Below, piece after piece: positions 1-13,445 of a stretch of 64,000 nucleotides of DNA. The notes under the pieces are model-generated. The model had not been told where the DNA came from. It did not search any database and saw only the letters and a list, made by a program, of their open reading frames with translations. The stretch is taken from assembly GCA_051294375.1 (NCBI GenBank), contig CM119269.1:4357401-4421400 (forward strand). Direction: 5' to 3'. The DNA comes from Paraspadella gotoi. Taxonomy: Eukaryota > Animalia > Chaetognatha. A program made the translations under genes and the position numbers. Position 1 is the first letter of the stretch; each line of letters opens with the position of its first letter.

Positions 1-1
1 A

Positions 2-266
2 TCGACGCGCAGCTGCCATCTTGCCGACGCTGCGGTCGACGCTGCTCCCGCAGCAGCCGCTGCGGGGGACCCTATTCCAGTCGCTGCCGACATCACCGCT
101 CCCCCTGGATGTCCATCTTGCGGGGAAGGCGGGGTCAAAATTGACGTCGTAGGCGACAACAAGCCGCAGACGACGGAGAGTAAAGAATCGGAAGAGGCGG
201 AAGTTGGAGGCAAGGACGAGGTGGGTGAGGAGTCCGGGCTGACATATCGACATCTCATCTCAGAAG
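2..266 (+). CDS. Probable internal exon (5' end outside window), product unknown
   Basis: GC-rich stop-free frame STRSCHLADAAVDAAPAAAAAGDP...GEESGLTYRHLISE ending at a consensus donor AG|GTAAGT (267), followed by AT-rich intron-like DNA. No family recognised. Confidence 0.5.
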
Positions 267-1429
267 GTAAGTGCGAATCGACGAGTCTTTGGAAACGTGA
301 GATTTTTTTGACGTTTTCGTCGTCGTCGTCGTCTTTTTGAGAAAAAAAGTTTGCTAATGAAAACAACAGTCGTTGCTTCTAATGCTATCGCAATTAAATT
401 TCCGTGGATTTTGACCACTTTGTTTTTAAAGGATATTGATTTTTGTTAATTTTTCGCGCTATGATTTCTGCAATCATTGTCGTTATTGTTGTAAACGTTG
501 GTATTACAAACAACGCGTCTTCTATTCTTTTCCAAATAGGATTCACGTTTGAAGGAGAGAAGGAAGAAGAAAAATTTGCTCTGGAACTCGAAATGGAAAC
601 AAAAATAACCATCGATGTTACTATATAATTTCTTAAGTCGTTCTCCCACAACCATTGATTAGAAACGCCAGTTTAATAAAACAAAGATAATCAATGTTTT
701 GTCTTCAATGTTTATCCTCTTGTTGAAATTGTTTTAAATGTTGATCTAATACTATATCTGTTAAAACACGCTCTTACTTTGGTTACGACTATTGATGTTT
801 TTATAAATATAGAATACTAAGATTTCGTTTTAATAGACATACGATCGATTTTACGCTTACGTTGTATCGCTTGTTTGTTTCGTGGTTGGATGTGGTCCTT
901 TTAAGATTTTTATTATTTTAATGTCACGCAATTATACTGTATTGAATTTCAATTTTAATACAATAATCTCCTAATTTTTTTACACGCTGGTTTGATTTTT
1001 CATGTGATTTTTTATAATAGATTATTGTCATATTTTTTATTGAAACGGAAACGATGTTGACGAATGATAATGGGATCCAGGAAGAAAAATGGAGAGGGAA
1101 AGAGAGAGTCAAGAGAGAGAGAGAGAGAGAGAGAACCTGTTTCACTAATTGATTATACTTCTTTTTATTTTATATTAAATGTAAATGCAAGATGTATTAA
1201 TTAATCAAATAATTAATTAGTTTTATTAATAAATTAGTCAATTAAAAAATCAAATTAATTAATCATTAAAAAAAATGAGGAATTTGCCAAAAAGAGGAAT
1301 CGATATGGATAAAGGAAAAGGATCAGAGGAGAAATGGAGGAAAGTAGAAGAAAAAAAAATGGCGGGGAAAGAAATAAAGGAAGAGAGAAAATAAGAGTGT
1401 GAAAAAAGGGGAAGGAAGGGTAGGAGATA

Positions 1430-1642
1430 GTAAGAGAAAGGAGGAAGGAAAGGAGAGAGAGATAAAGAGAAAAGAGGAAGGAAAGGAAAGAGAGAGTAAG
1501 AGAAAAGAGGAAGGAAAAGAAAAAGAGAGTAAGAAAAAAGAGAAAGAAGGGAAAAAGAGAGTAAGAGAAAAGAGGAAGGAAAGGAAAAAGAGAGTAAGAG
1601 AAAAGAGGAAAGAAAGGAAAAAGAGAGTAAGAGAAAAGAGAC
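1430..1642. repeat. Purine-rich minisatellite (~30-33 bp units)
   Basis: Repeated AGAGTAAGAGAAAAGAGGAAGGAAAGGAAAA-like units. Confidence 0.7.
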
Positions 1643-2059
1643 TGGTTGTTTTTAAAGTTTTTATCTCTTTTTAAATAGGAAAAGTCGTTTGCCGGTTTTT
1701 TTAAGAGAGGAACCGATAAGAAAAAAAGGAAGGAAAATTGTTGCAGGAAAAAATTTGGAGGAAATAATATGATAAAATAGAAACCCAAAAAAAGAAAAGG
1801 AAAATAAAGAGATAAGAATAGATAACTTAACTTAACACGACGGTAATGATATCAATTATTATCGAGGCATGACTCAAATGCTGACTCAAAGAAGAGAAAA
1901 ACAAGCCAACATTAAGAAAATATTATGGAACCTTTTTGTTAAAAAATAAAATAAAGGAGGTGAGCTACCTTATATTGTGAGCAAATGTTATCAAGATTAC
2001 GTCTCCTTCGAGACAAGACTTCTCCCATCTGAATTTGTTTGATTCAAGACCCAGTGGAC

Positions 2060-2061
<2 letters not shown>

Positions 2062-2132
<71 letters not shown>
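2062..2132. repeat. (GA)n microsatellite; similar GA/CT tracts at 11271-11423, 12700-12842, 13389-13445, 20844-20949, 22180-22265, 27973-28032, 30927-30997
   Basis: Directly visible dinucleotide runs. Confidence 0.95.
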
Positions 2133-2134
<2 letters not shown>

Positions 2135-2889
2135 AATTTCCCAATGAAGAAATCAAAATGCGGGTCTCGAACCTAGGACTTCTCTGACTCTCATCTCTGG
2201 AACGTTTTTGCGTCTCTCGGGGGAGACGATAAGATAAGATAAGAGAGAAGAGGAGAAGAGAGGAGAGAAGAAAAGAGGAGAAGAGAGGAGAAGAGAGAAG
2301 AGGGAAGGAGAAGAGAAGAGAAGAGAAGAGAAGAGAAGAGAAGAGAAGAGAAGAGAGAAGAAGAGAGAAGAGGAGAGAAGAAGAGAGGATAAGGAGGAAA
2401 AATAGGAGGATGAGGAGGATGAAGAAAAGGAGGAGAATGAGGAGGATGAGGAGGATGAAGAGGAGTAGGATGAGGACCGGTGATTGTTTTGAAGATGAAG
2501 GAGTGAGTCACTAAGTGATTGATGAACGAAATTCCTTCAGTTCTTCCTTCTTCAGATCACTTACGATTTTGCGCCAATTTAACACAGCTTGAACACTATT
2601 TTACTATTATTAACTATTTAACTATTATTAAGTATTATGCTATTATTAACTATATCCAATATTTTTTAAATATTTTTTCTTTCACTTATCTTGGCTTTAA
2701 AGTTTTTTTTTCCTTTCTCATCATAATTTTCTTTTTTTCGACATCTCATTTTTTTTCTCACCCTAACAATTCACTCTTTCTGTCAGAACTGTTTTTGTTT
2801 CCCACCGACCCTGTCAGTTCATTTTTCTCTCTCTCTTCTAGCTTTTTTTTTTCCTATTGCATTTTTTTCAAGACACAAAGCTTCTGAAC

Positions 2890-2987
<98 letters not shown>
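2890..2987. repeat. (AAT)n microsatellite; others at 23480-23560 and 23922-24012
   Basis: Directly visible trinucleotide run. Confidence 0.95.
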
Positions 2988-2988
<1 letters not shown>

Positions 2989-4005
2989 TATATCTTTCTG
3001 ATCTCATCCGGTTGTTACGTTTTTTTTCTCCTCCAAGTTGGAACGAGAATCGATCGTGAGCCAGACTGACAGACTGACCGACCGATAGACTAATTGATAC
3101 CGCATCGGACGACCGATCCACTTCACCGCCGCCGCTCTATACCGCCGCATTCCGCCGCTTTCTGCCACCGCTAAAAATCATTTCATTTTTTTTTCCTCCA
3201 GAAGTTGGGAAGAATCAAACGTTACGTCCAAGTCGGTGAGAGACAAGTCGAAGAAGAAGGTTCCGGGTTCGATCCCGGCTCACCTCGTCAAACCGGAAGT
3301 CCAGTCATCGGCGGAAACCTCTTCCAAGACCGGGTCAGAAATAGTATAACCCAGAGCGTACCTACAAACGACTCCTTTCCTTTCCACGCGATTCGATTTG
3401 TTTTGATCGATCTTTTTCGAATGGCCCTTGGCAACGACCCCTGGCAACGGGAATGTTTATTATTCACGAAAAAGAAGACGTGAGTCGATTTTTCCCTCGA
3501 GGAATCTTTCATGCACGAGTGGTGATGAAAAACGAGGGACAACCATTCATGAAGGGAAAAATAAATAATAGATTGAAAGTAAACAAATATAGCTTAAAGA
3601 AGATTAAGAATGTTTTAAATTTAAAACGCTAAACACACTATAAAATAATTAACTCACTTATTTTTCCGTCGGGAGAATATTAATAATGCCCATCAATATT
3701 CCGAGATGTCTGACTGGATTTTATTTGCTTTCCCCGCTGCTCTTTTGTTTAGATTTTCAAACGCAGAGGGAGTCACAAACGAGACGTCACGAACTTCCAG
3801 CGCCAAGTACGGTAAGAAGGCCAGTATTTTCTATTATGTAGCTATAGCTTTTTTACACTAACCTTAAACGATTATTATATACTATATACTATAATATATA
3901 GTTGTTTCGATCAATTTTAGTCGCAACAAAGAGATGTTTCGACGTAAAAGAATCATTAGGTTTCTCGCGGTTCAAATATCTTTTTCCCTTCGCCTTAATC
4001 ATTCA

Positions 4006-4190
4006 CTTTTTTTTAGTCGGATCTGCTTATCAGCAGATCCCGACTCTATAATTCACTTTGTCGGTCCGTCGGTCCGCCCTCTAAATTTTGTCGGGCACTC
4101 ACTTATATCATGTCAGAACATCGAATTATGATAAATTATGCAAAAAAAATGATGTCCGTCCATCCGTCTGTCTGTCTGTCTGTTAGCAAA
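4006..4190 (+). mobile_element. Helentron-associated (HINE/DINE-1-like) non-autonomous element, family 2, 5' part
   Basis: T-run then TAGTCGGATCTGCTTATCAGCAGATCCCGACT hairpin, CACTTT, then GTCC/GTCT repeats. Same architecture as 45880-46234. Confidence 0.5.
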
Positions 4191-4504
4191 AAACACCAGT
4201 GGAAATGAGTTTAAATGGAAAAAATAAAAAAAGAGAATGAGGAGAGAGGGGCAAAGATGAATGGCAAGTAAGGCGATAAGGGAGAGGGGACAGGAAATGG
4301 GGGGGGCGAAGGAGCGAGAAAGTGAAAAGTTAGGGGTTAGTGATAAAGGGAGGGAAATAAAAAGGAATAAACAGGGAAATGAAATGGAAAAGGGGGGGGG
4401 TTAGGGGGGAGAGGAAAATGAGGGGGGGTTAGGGGAAGTGAGAAAATCGTGAGAGAGAGAGAGAGAGACTGGCCACCCAATCAAACGATTCCCCTTGGAT
4501 TCAG

Positions 4505-4705
4505 CGGCGTCGCGCGTGCTCCCTACGCCTGGTCGACCTCGGTGCACGCGCGCGGACACTGCGTGCACAAACCTGGCACGTTCGGCAGCTTGGTGCATCC
4601 CTTGATGGAGTCGTTGTCCATCACCATCATCCCCGCCGTCGCCATCATCGCCCTTAACTCCTTCATCATCGTCAGACTGAGGCAAGACGCAGAGTCGGTG
4701 GCAAG
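4505..4705 (+). CDS. Class A GPCR exon: end of TM4, ECL2, TM5 and start of ICL3
   Basis: Acceptor ttccccttggattcAG|, frame GVARAPYAWSTSVHARGHCVHKPGTFGSLVHPLMESLSITIIPAVAIIALNSFIIVRLRQDAESVA, donor AG|GTGGTT. The ECL2 Cys and the IP...LN..I..RL motif are typical of TM5 in FMRFamide-type receptors. Confidence 0.75.
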
Positions 4706-5034
4706 GTGGTTAGGTGAAGGGTTTTGGTAAAGTGGCTAATTTCAATACTGGTTTGGGCGGACTGTTTCCAGAGCTGCTGCGTTGCTCCTTCTTCTGCGGA
4801 GCCAGTGATCTTCTTTCCTAATGTGGAAGTCTCTCGAATATTAAGAGTCTCATTAGATTCCTAGTCGAGGGAAACATAATGAACCTCGTTTCTGACATGA
4901 GTGTCATAAAAATCTGTCACAAGTCACCCAGTTCTTTCATTTATTTCAATCTAAGTTCAAAAACGGGATTTCTGAGAAAACGGGGAGATAATTAAGGAGC
5001 TGGAAAACATTACTTTCTATTATTACATTATTAA

Positions 5035-5158
5035 TTCAATCATTCAATCATTGATTAATTCGTTCATTCATTCATTCATTCATTCATTCATTCATTCATT
5101 CATTCATTCAATCATTCATTGATTCATTCATTCCTTCATTCGTTCATTCATACATTCA
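5035..5158. repeat. (ATTC)n tetranucleotide microsatellite
   Basis: Visible ttcattcattcatt run. Confidence 0.9.
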
Positions 5159-5713
5159 TCGGTCTGTTTCATTCCCTTCAAGTTCATTCCATAATATTGA
5201 ATTGCGGGAAAAAAAAATATTGGCAGGATTTTTTTCTTTTTTCGTCAGACGAATTTTTCGCGTGACAAGCTTCGTCGCAGTAAATTGAAAGAAGATGATG
5301 AAAATATTTTAAGGAGGAAAGGAGGTTCGACGTCGACCGGATGAAAACTTAAGAGAATTATAAAGGAGTTTTAATGAGCGCGGCGATTCGTCTGTAAGAG
5401 TGAGCGAGAGACAGCAGAACGACGAGAGACGACGAGAAGACGACGAGGGACGAGAGAGAGAGAGAGAGAGAGAGTGAGAGAGAGACGTCTGTTGTTCTTT
5501 CTTCTCTTTTTTTTCGTTGTCTATATTTCGTGAACAAGGTTATTTACGAGGATCAAAATAAATAATAAAGGAAGTAAAGAAGCTAAGAAAAATTGAAAAA
5601 AAAAGCATATAAGAAAAAGAAACAAAAAAAAAGAAAACAAATAAAAAAAGAAAGAAAACAAAAAGAATAAAAAAAAACAAAAAAAAAACAAGACCCTCTT
5701 CCTCTTTTCTCAG

Positions 5714-5796
5714 ATCCTCCCGACCGACGAGCGGCTACAACGCCGACTTGTTTCCCCTTTGGTTCAAAGTCTCATTTCTCGTGGTCACGTTTGTGG
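5714..5796 (+). CDS. Class A GPCR exon A (N-terminal region and first half of TM1)
   Basis: ttttctcAG| SSRPTSGYNADLFPLWFKVSFLVVTFV-G |GTAAGT. The phase-1 end joins 12505 to give FVGIVANSFSL (TM1 GxxxN motif). Confidence 0.75.
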
Positions 5797-8289
5797 GTAA
5801 GTTCTTCGAGGCGGGTGAGTTACGCGGTATTATAAAACTCGGAGGGAAGGAAAAAATTCGTAATGTCATTACTCTGGAAATACTATATAGTCTATATAGG
5901 TAGGTTTGCTTACAAGAAACAAAATTATTCGCGTTATATACTCAATTTTCTCATTCGGTAAAAATGATGAATTCAGATGAGGTTATCTCAGTTCGATGTC
6001 AAGTCGAGAGGAAGTCGATCAGGAATGAGGCTCGAGTTGATTCAGTTGAGTTGAGGACAGATAAGAGATCTGACATTCAATAAAACGTATCAAGTGGAAT
6101 TTCAAGCGAATGGGCTTTTTATCTTAAAACAGAAACAAATAAGATTATCGTATGAAAGTTTGTTATTGAGGTTATATCTAATATATTAAACGACATCGAG
6201 AAAATTGTGACAAAGAAGACAAATAAAGCAAGAAAAAAATAAAATTGGAGATAAATAGTTGTGATGAGTGTTGATAAACTCAAACGACCCAAATCAGCAG
6301 CGCAGATGTGGGATGAAAAAAAAAAAATATTACCAAAATAATCGATGAAAAATATAAAAAGAGAAAATCAACAATTGGCAATTAGGCATTATGGGATAAC
6401 AATTAATGAGAAAAAAAATTAATTTTTTTTTTTTTTATCAAAGGTTTAAACGATACCAGATGCTCGCAAAGGAGAGACAATGGCTCATAGTGAGATCAGC
6501 AGATTTCAAAGCCTTCAATTAATCAGTCCTCCAGTTTTATTCTTTCGCGTTTTCCGTTCGACGCGCGTCAAAACAAATCTCCTTTTTTACAAGCAAATCT
6601 CTTTTTCTCCAAGCAAAGCTTGAAGAGCTTAGCTCAATTAACGAAGCGAAGCCTTTGGAAAAGACGTCCTAGTTGGCGTTGCCCAATTGCACGCTAATTG
6701 TTCCGCGTTATTTCAAAGGCGAAATATAGTTTTTAGAAATTAAATGTAGTATTAAAAAGCTTAACTTTTTAAACTGTCTAATTTATTTAAACATTGGGAT
6801 TTGACCTTTCTTAAGATTTTCAACAAAAAAAAAGGCGTATTATTAATACGCCTTTTTTCGGCTTTGTTACAAGCTTTCATCACTGCCAAAAAAAAGCTAT
6901 TAATTAGGAATTTGTTGTCTCAAAACAAATACATACAAACTTACTGTTTTAAGAACTTTGAAAAATAAAAAGGTATTAAAAAAAAAAGAATAGGAAAAAG
7001 TTTGTAGTAAAGTTAAAAATCGTAGTTTGTAGGCAATTTTCAATTTAGCAGCTCGCTGGAAAAACCAATTCTCGGAATGACCACTTCGCAAGCAAATCCG
7101 CCATCCATCAAATCCGTGAAGATTTCACCCTCGGTTGGATTTGCGTCTAAAAAATGGATATCGATTAAAAGAAAAGATTTTCACTTTGAAATTTATTAGA
7201 CGAAAGTGAAGAATGAAGAGGAATATCAGGAGGCGAGTTGTACCGTAGCTCAAAAAGGCTTCCCCTTGGGGCGATAGAATTGGCTGTCCCCTGGGGCAGT
7301 CTACCCGAGGGGAAAATATTTTAATCATTTAAGGGTGCCCATTGTAATATATTTAGGGGTGACCTCAAAATAGTAAAATTTTAATAATATATATATTTTA
7401 ATTTGCAAATTATTTAACCGAATTCTCTATAAAAGAAAAAAAAATCGATTAAAAAAAAAGTAAAATAGTAAATAGTAGATAAATAAATAAAAAAAAAATA
7501 AGAGAGAGAAAGAGAGAAAAAAAAATTAAAAGAGGAAAAAAAGAGTAAAATCATTGGTTAAAAATTGATTAAGGAAGCTTGGCTTTTTTGCTACAATAAG
7601 AAGATTACCCTAAAAGGTAAACAAATTTTTATACCTAGGGGTAGCCCTTTAAGAAGGCAATTTTTTAAATGTTTAATTTTTGCCCACCCCCAGAGGCTAT
7701 CCCTAGATATGACCCCCCGACAGGGGGAAGTCTTTTATTCTGACGGTATACTTGCAGCAGGCATATTAGAAATAGGAGGAGAAGAAAATATAAAAAGAAA
7801 AGGAAAAAAAAATTCTCTGGTCGGTTGTCAATCCTCCCTGCATCGTAAAAAGGAGGGAAACGCTTTTTGCTTCTCATCTGGGGTCACTCCTTATTTTTTT
7901 AAAGGAAGTGAGTTAAGAGGAGCGGAGGGCTGCTTTTCTTACCGTTTTTGTAAGAAAGAGTGAGTTATAGTGGGGATATAGTTAAACAGGTTCCAGAGAA
8001 GGTGACCGAGCTCTCAATCGCTGATTTGACTCAATTCACTTGTTCTTTCTCTTGATTTCGACGCAGTTTCTCTCTGGCTTAAATTCCGTGCAATCAAGCC
8101 CAAGTCACTAACTAAGAGAGCGTTGAAAAATAACAAAATATAACAAATCAAGTGAGGTACATAGCTATTTTAGTGTAATGTAATCTGTAGAATTCGATGA
8201 TGACCATTTTTTTGTATAATTTTATCTTTCTTGTCGGAAATGACGGTTTTTAATGTATATAAAATTGTTATAAAATAGCAAAACCATTA

Positions 8290-8910
8290 TAAGTTATGAT
8301 AAATCAAATTATTAAAATTTTATAAAATTTATATGAGCTTTTGAAATATAAAAATAAAGACTTATAAAAATATTTTGGTAAGTTTATTTCTAAATTTTAT
8401 GTTTTATAAAAAGTTAGTTAACTATATTTATTAATAATTATGAGTAAAAATTAGGTTAAAGTTAAAAAATAATAATTTCAAAATATTTTTCATGGATTTG
8501 CATTCTTTGCAAAAAGTTGATATAAGAAAATATAATTTTTATATCAAAATTATGTCATTAAGTTGGTCAAAATTCAGAAAAACTATAATTTTAAGCCAAA
8601 AATTTAAAAATTAAACAAAAATAATAGTTTTTAATATTTTTAATCTACTTAATGAAAGAATTTTTTAACTTTTTGTAAGGAATTCAAATCCGGTTTTAAA
8701 ATTTTTATTTTTTTATTTTTTCACTTTAGCTTATTTTTTATTATTATTTATTAATAAATATAGCTAACTATTAATAAAATATATTTGTTACAACAACAAA
8801 AAGATAGTTCAAACACAATGTCTAATAAAATATAAAATTTGTAAATAAACTTACCAAAATATTTATATGGGTCTTTATTTTCATATTATGTAAGTTAAAT
8901 AATTTGAGTT
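8290..8910. mobile_element. AT-rich foldback/palindromic MITE-like element
   Basis: AAAATAAAGACTTATAAAAATATTTTGGTAAGTTTATTT (~8351) is near-complementary to ~8843-8882. An inner pair ~8480-8520 / ~8665-8705 is also inverted. Centre ~8600. Confidence 0.55.
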
Positions 8911-9149
8911 TCTAATACTCTACAATGTTTGCTATCCCGAGAGAGAGAGAGAGAGAGATAGAAAGAGCGAGAAACATATGGAATGGAAAAAGAGTAGGAT
9001 CTGCCAACAATCATTCAAACTCATTCAAGACGATTCCATTGAAATTTAATTCCCAGCTAAATCATACTCTTCTTCGCCCACATACAATTTTAAGTCAATC
9101 GCCACATTCACTCAAAAGCTAAGGGGGGTTTGAAATTAATCATATTTCG

Positions 9150-9211
9150 GTACCGGGTTGGGATTGAACCCAGTACCTAGTGGTCATGGCTTTACTCAAT
9201 GAGCCACCGGG
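9150..9211 (-). mobile_element. tRNA-derived SINE head / tRNA-like remnant
   Basis: Minus strand has an A-box-like GGTGGCTCATTGAGTAAAGC and a B-box GGTTCAATCCC, but is too short for a full cloverleaf. Confidence 0.5.
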
Positions 9212-9902
9212 TCACAACTGAACGTGTCGTTCTTATAGGCGGGGGGAACCTTGGCAATGCCCGCCGATATCTGACCCAATAAGCGCGTTTTGTCAGTCTT
9301 GACTCGCTTCGACATTTTTATCGGGCGTTTTGGAAATGCTCTCGGTTTGAGATGCAAGCGAACAATTTTTGACTGGGCCTGGCTTTATTATTTTATTATT
9401 TACGCACATACATTAAGATGCTATGCTTTGCGTTGCTAAGAATTCGCCAAAAAATTAGAAAGGTTCGTCAGCTTAACGTTACGTTGTGTTTATAATTTTT
9501 ATATAATCTTTATATAATCTTTTTATAATCTTTATATTCTTTCCTGCCCGAGTTGACGAGCAAAAGGTGGTTTACAATCTCAACTTGTTCGTTAACCAAA
9601 GGGAGAGTACTGCGTAGTTTTAAATGCCAATCAGTCAGGCCAGATTTTTAAGTCGTCGTTGTTGTTGTTCATTAATTCATACGTCGTCGTTGGCGGAAAT
9701 AACTCATTCCTCATTTCCCTCACAATCTTGATAAACATTGAAACAAACAAACTAAAGACCAACGGAGATCATTTCACCAGGAACAAAAACGCGCGAGATC
9801 TGATGACGGGCGTACTCGTTATTTCCTTTGTTTAGACCTCTTTCTCGGTTTTTTTTTGTTCTGCCAGCTGAACCAAGAAATCGGTAGCAAGGGAGGGAGA
9901 GG

Positions 9903-9961
<59 letters not shown>

Positions 9962-10499
9962 GTTCGCCAGTTCGCACGTTCCCTACATTGTTTTGCTTGG
10001 CGAAGTTGTAAAGGTGTTTTCTCTTGTCTTTCATCCGGAGTAACAAAGGCCCCGCCTCTGTTTCTGAATCATTTTGTTTGAACAATTAACAATTGAACAT
10101 GTTTCTGAATCATTTTGTTTGAACAATGAAAATGTCTTTACTCTCTAATGCGAAAATCCCAATATAACACGAAGCAAGACTTTGTCCCTGGATTTTCGTG
10201 GGCGGCGGATTATCGCTATATTTTAATAGATGGGGCCTGAGCATTGGCAAGGGTACATGGGTCGCTGATACAAATAATAACCTCAGTTAATTTAGAAATT
10301 ATCTCCAGTTATCAAATCAGTCTGGCGCATTTGATCAATTCTAAAAAAAAAACAACATTTAATCACAAATTAATCAAATTAAACAAATTAGTTAATCAAA
10401 TTAAATTAAATTAATTAATCAAATTAAACATTTAATCGCAAATCATTTAATCACAAATATTAACTCAATGAGGTTTTTTTCCTGTGATAACAAATGATT

Positions 10500-10556
10500 A
10501 ACCGACTATAGGCGAGTTATGACATTTTTAACGTAAGATAGACCGACCGACAGACA
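10500..10556 (-). mobile_element. Fragment of HINE family 1
   Basis: Reverse complement resembles the GTCTGTCGGTCGG...CTTACGTTAAAAATG...TCGCCTATAG core of the copies at 15114, 17425 and 44356. Confidence 0.5.
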
Positions 10557-11279
10557 TCTTTATCGTCGTCAGCGTCGTCATGTTCGTTGTCGAACCCATC
10601 GCTTTCGCCATTTTTATCTAATTGTCATTTCGTCGTCGTCATCGTCGTCGTCTTCGTCATAGTCATCTTCCTCTGGTCTGAAAGTATCTTAAACTCTCTC
10701 TCGATAATATAATAAAATTTAAATAAATAAAAACGTTTAAATGTATAATATAAAAAGAAACTCGTTTTAGATATTTTTTCTTTCATCCTTATTTCTTCGG
10801 GATCACAGAATGATGGACAGGGTCACTCAGACATGATTGAGGTTGATGCGACCTTTTTGGAGATAATTACCTTACCCTTAATCAAATCTAATGACCTCAT
10901 TATACAAACGGTTTCGCATGAGAGAACGTATTTGTCTTCAGCCTTAATCGTGTTCGTCGTCTTTGATTAATTTCTAATTTCTAAAATCTAAAGAATATCT
11001 TCGTTCAAATGTTCATTAAGACTAAACCCATATAGAACATTTTCTAGGTTTGAATTAAAAAAAAACAAAAAAAAACAGAATTCATGAATATTTCGCGTAA
11101 TTGAAGACGAAAATATTTTTTTCGCGGGGAAATTTTTTGTTGCAAAAGCATAAATTAAGACTTTTTCTTGGTTCTTGTTTAAAAAAAAAATGGGAGTAAG
11201 ATTTATGAATGGACCAATGACCGGCCATTGGACCCGACCCATTACCACCGGAATCACGGACTGAATTCGTTTCTCTCTC

Positions 11280-11425
<146 letters not shown>

Positions 11426-12504
11426 AAACACACTCGAAATTCATTAACGAAAGCACTTTATACGAAATAGTTTGAAACAAAATTGTAATTTGTCTGGCAA
11501 AAAGTTTTATCTTGGAATACTTAATTCACATTAATATTACGACATTTTTAGCTTAATATCATCATCTTGATCAGTTACAAAAAAGGTTTGACCGCGCCGC
11601 TGTGAGAAAAACACAAGCCGCTCAGATTTCGCTCACTTTGATCTCCGTTCTTTTCCCAATTTTTTCTTCGTTTCTCCCTTCGTTTTTGTGGGTTGAATTT
11701 TTGACCTTTCTACGCTCCTCGCTTCCCAGACGTGATTTATTTATTCTCCAACACGAGTCATCGGCGGTCGACGTCGGCCGTTGGCGTCGCTGCGGGTGGC
11801 ATCGTACGTAGGTTTGAAAAATTTATCTATTTGAGGTCGTCGGTTCAAATCAAGAGGTTGATTGTAGTTGTAAGGCTTTTATATTTGTTCTTTTGTTGCT
11901 TCAAGATACAAACTAACTGATCACAATCGTAATGTATTATTTTTTTGGGGGATTATTTCCTTGGCCTTCGCTTTACTCAGTGTGTTACTTTATAATTTAT
12001 ACATTATACGATTTTTAATATACCATAAAAGAATTCTCTTTTGAAGTTCTCTTTTGAAGCGTGAGCTCGATTCTGACATCTGCCACCACATAATAAAGAT
12101 TTCTAAGATGAAATAAGGGGTGGTTTTATTCTTAGGATAAAATCTGAAGGTGCTTTGATGGAAATTAAGTCAGTCACAAACACGCCAGGTCAGAAATAAA
12201 ATTTCTACAGAAACGGATCAGAAGCAAGTTATTTTTTTTTCAGATTTCGAGCTGCTTGCTGATTGCTTGAGCCGGTTCCATCGGCGACCAAACGAATCCT
12301 TCGATCCGGTTTTGTTTTCGTGCGAGATTGGATTCGTTGATGATACTACAATATATTAGCGAAAACAGAATCAGCTCAACCAAAGTCGTACAACAGAAAA
12401 GAATATATTTTTTAGTCCATAAATGCATAACAAAGATGTAAACTAGTCCTTCCACGATCAGCTTAAAAAAATCCCCGAATCCGACTCATCTCCTTCTGCA
12501 ACAG

Positions 12505-12652
12505 GAATCGTGGCCAACAGTTTCTCCCTGATGGTGATGAGGCAACAGAGTCTCCGCTCAATGTCGATCTCATTCTATCTCTCCGCGTTGGCGATTCACG
12601 ACACGTTGCTCTTAGTCTTCGATTGCTGGAACTATGCAACGTTCTTCACAAG
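12505..12652 (+). CDS. Class A neuropeptide-type GPCR (FMRFamide/myosuppressin-receptor-like) exon B, TM1b-TM2
   Basis: caacAG| (G)IVANSFSLMVMRQQSLRSMSISFYLSALAIHDTLLLVFDCWNYATFFT-R |GTGTGG, containing the TM2 motif YLxxLAxxD. Confidence 0.9.
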
Positions 12653-12727
12653 GTGTGGCATTTCTGTCTCAGTCTTTGTCTGTAATCTGTCTGTCTTTGT
12701 CTCTGTCTCTCTCTGTCTCTCTCTGTC

Positions 12728-12846
<119 letters not shown>

Positions 12847-12849
12847 CAG

Positions 12850-12938
12850 ACTGTTCCCCTTTGACGACACCTACGCCACCTGCTTGACTCGAGCCATCCT
12901 CGTCCACACATTTCAATCTTCCAGCAACTGGACACTCG
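12850..12938 (+). CDS. GPCR exon C (ECL1 and first half of TM3)
   Basis: ctttttcAG| LFPFDDTYATCLTRAILVHTFQSSSNWTL |GTAAAA. Conserved Cys at the top of TM3 and SxW motif; phase-compatible with both neighbours. Confidence 0.85.
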
Positions 12939-13208
12939 GTAAAAATAATCCAAATGTCGAAAGCAATAATTCGAAATACATAAACAAATAAATTTACTCA
13001 GAGGCAAATTATGAATAGATTCGCGAATTGAGCAGAATGCGACGGCGAATTATTTTAAATTTACATAATTTAAAAATGGTTTAAACTTCACTAGAACCCC
13101 TTAGTTTAATTAATATGGCCACTAACCCAGATGAAGTGTGGATCAAATTGATTAAAAATGGTTTCAGGTAAAATACAAATTGTAGTTTAACTTCAACTTC
13201 GACTTCAG

Positions 13209-13312
13209 TCGCGGTGGCGCTGGAACGATTCGTCGCCGTGTGGATGCCGATCAAAGCCAAAACCTTTTGCACCGTGAGAAACTCGAAGATCATTTCGGCC
13301 TCGAGGGATTAA
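13209..13312 (+). CDS. GPCR exon D (TM3b with ERF motif, ICL2, start of TM4), truncated
   Basis: acttcAG| VAVALERFVAVWMPIKAKTFCTVRNSKIISASRD*. The frame hits TAA at 13310-13312 within TM4, with no suitable GT donor. Confidence 0.85.
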
Positions 13313-13389
13313 AAAAAAGTGAACGTAATTAATGTGCATTTTATTTTAATTAGGCGACTCACCTCGCCGGCGCGACAACAGGTAGAAGA

Positions 13390-13445
<56 letters not shown>

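Noticed and set aside
236-266. Forkhead helix-1 resemblance (LTYRHLISE)
   Set aside because: Too short, and no downstream forkhead exon was found.
3262-3280. B-box-like CCGGGTTCGATCCCGG
   Set aside because: An isolated T-arm-like motif with no convincing A-box or second copy.
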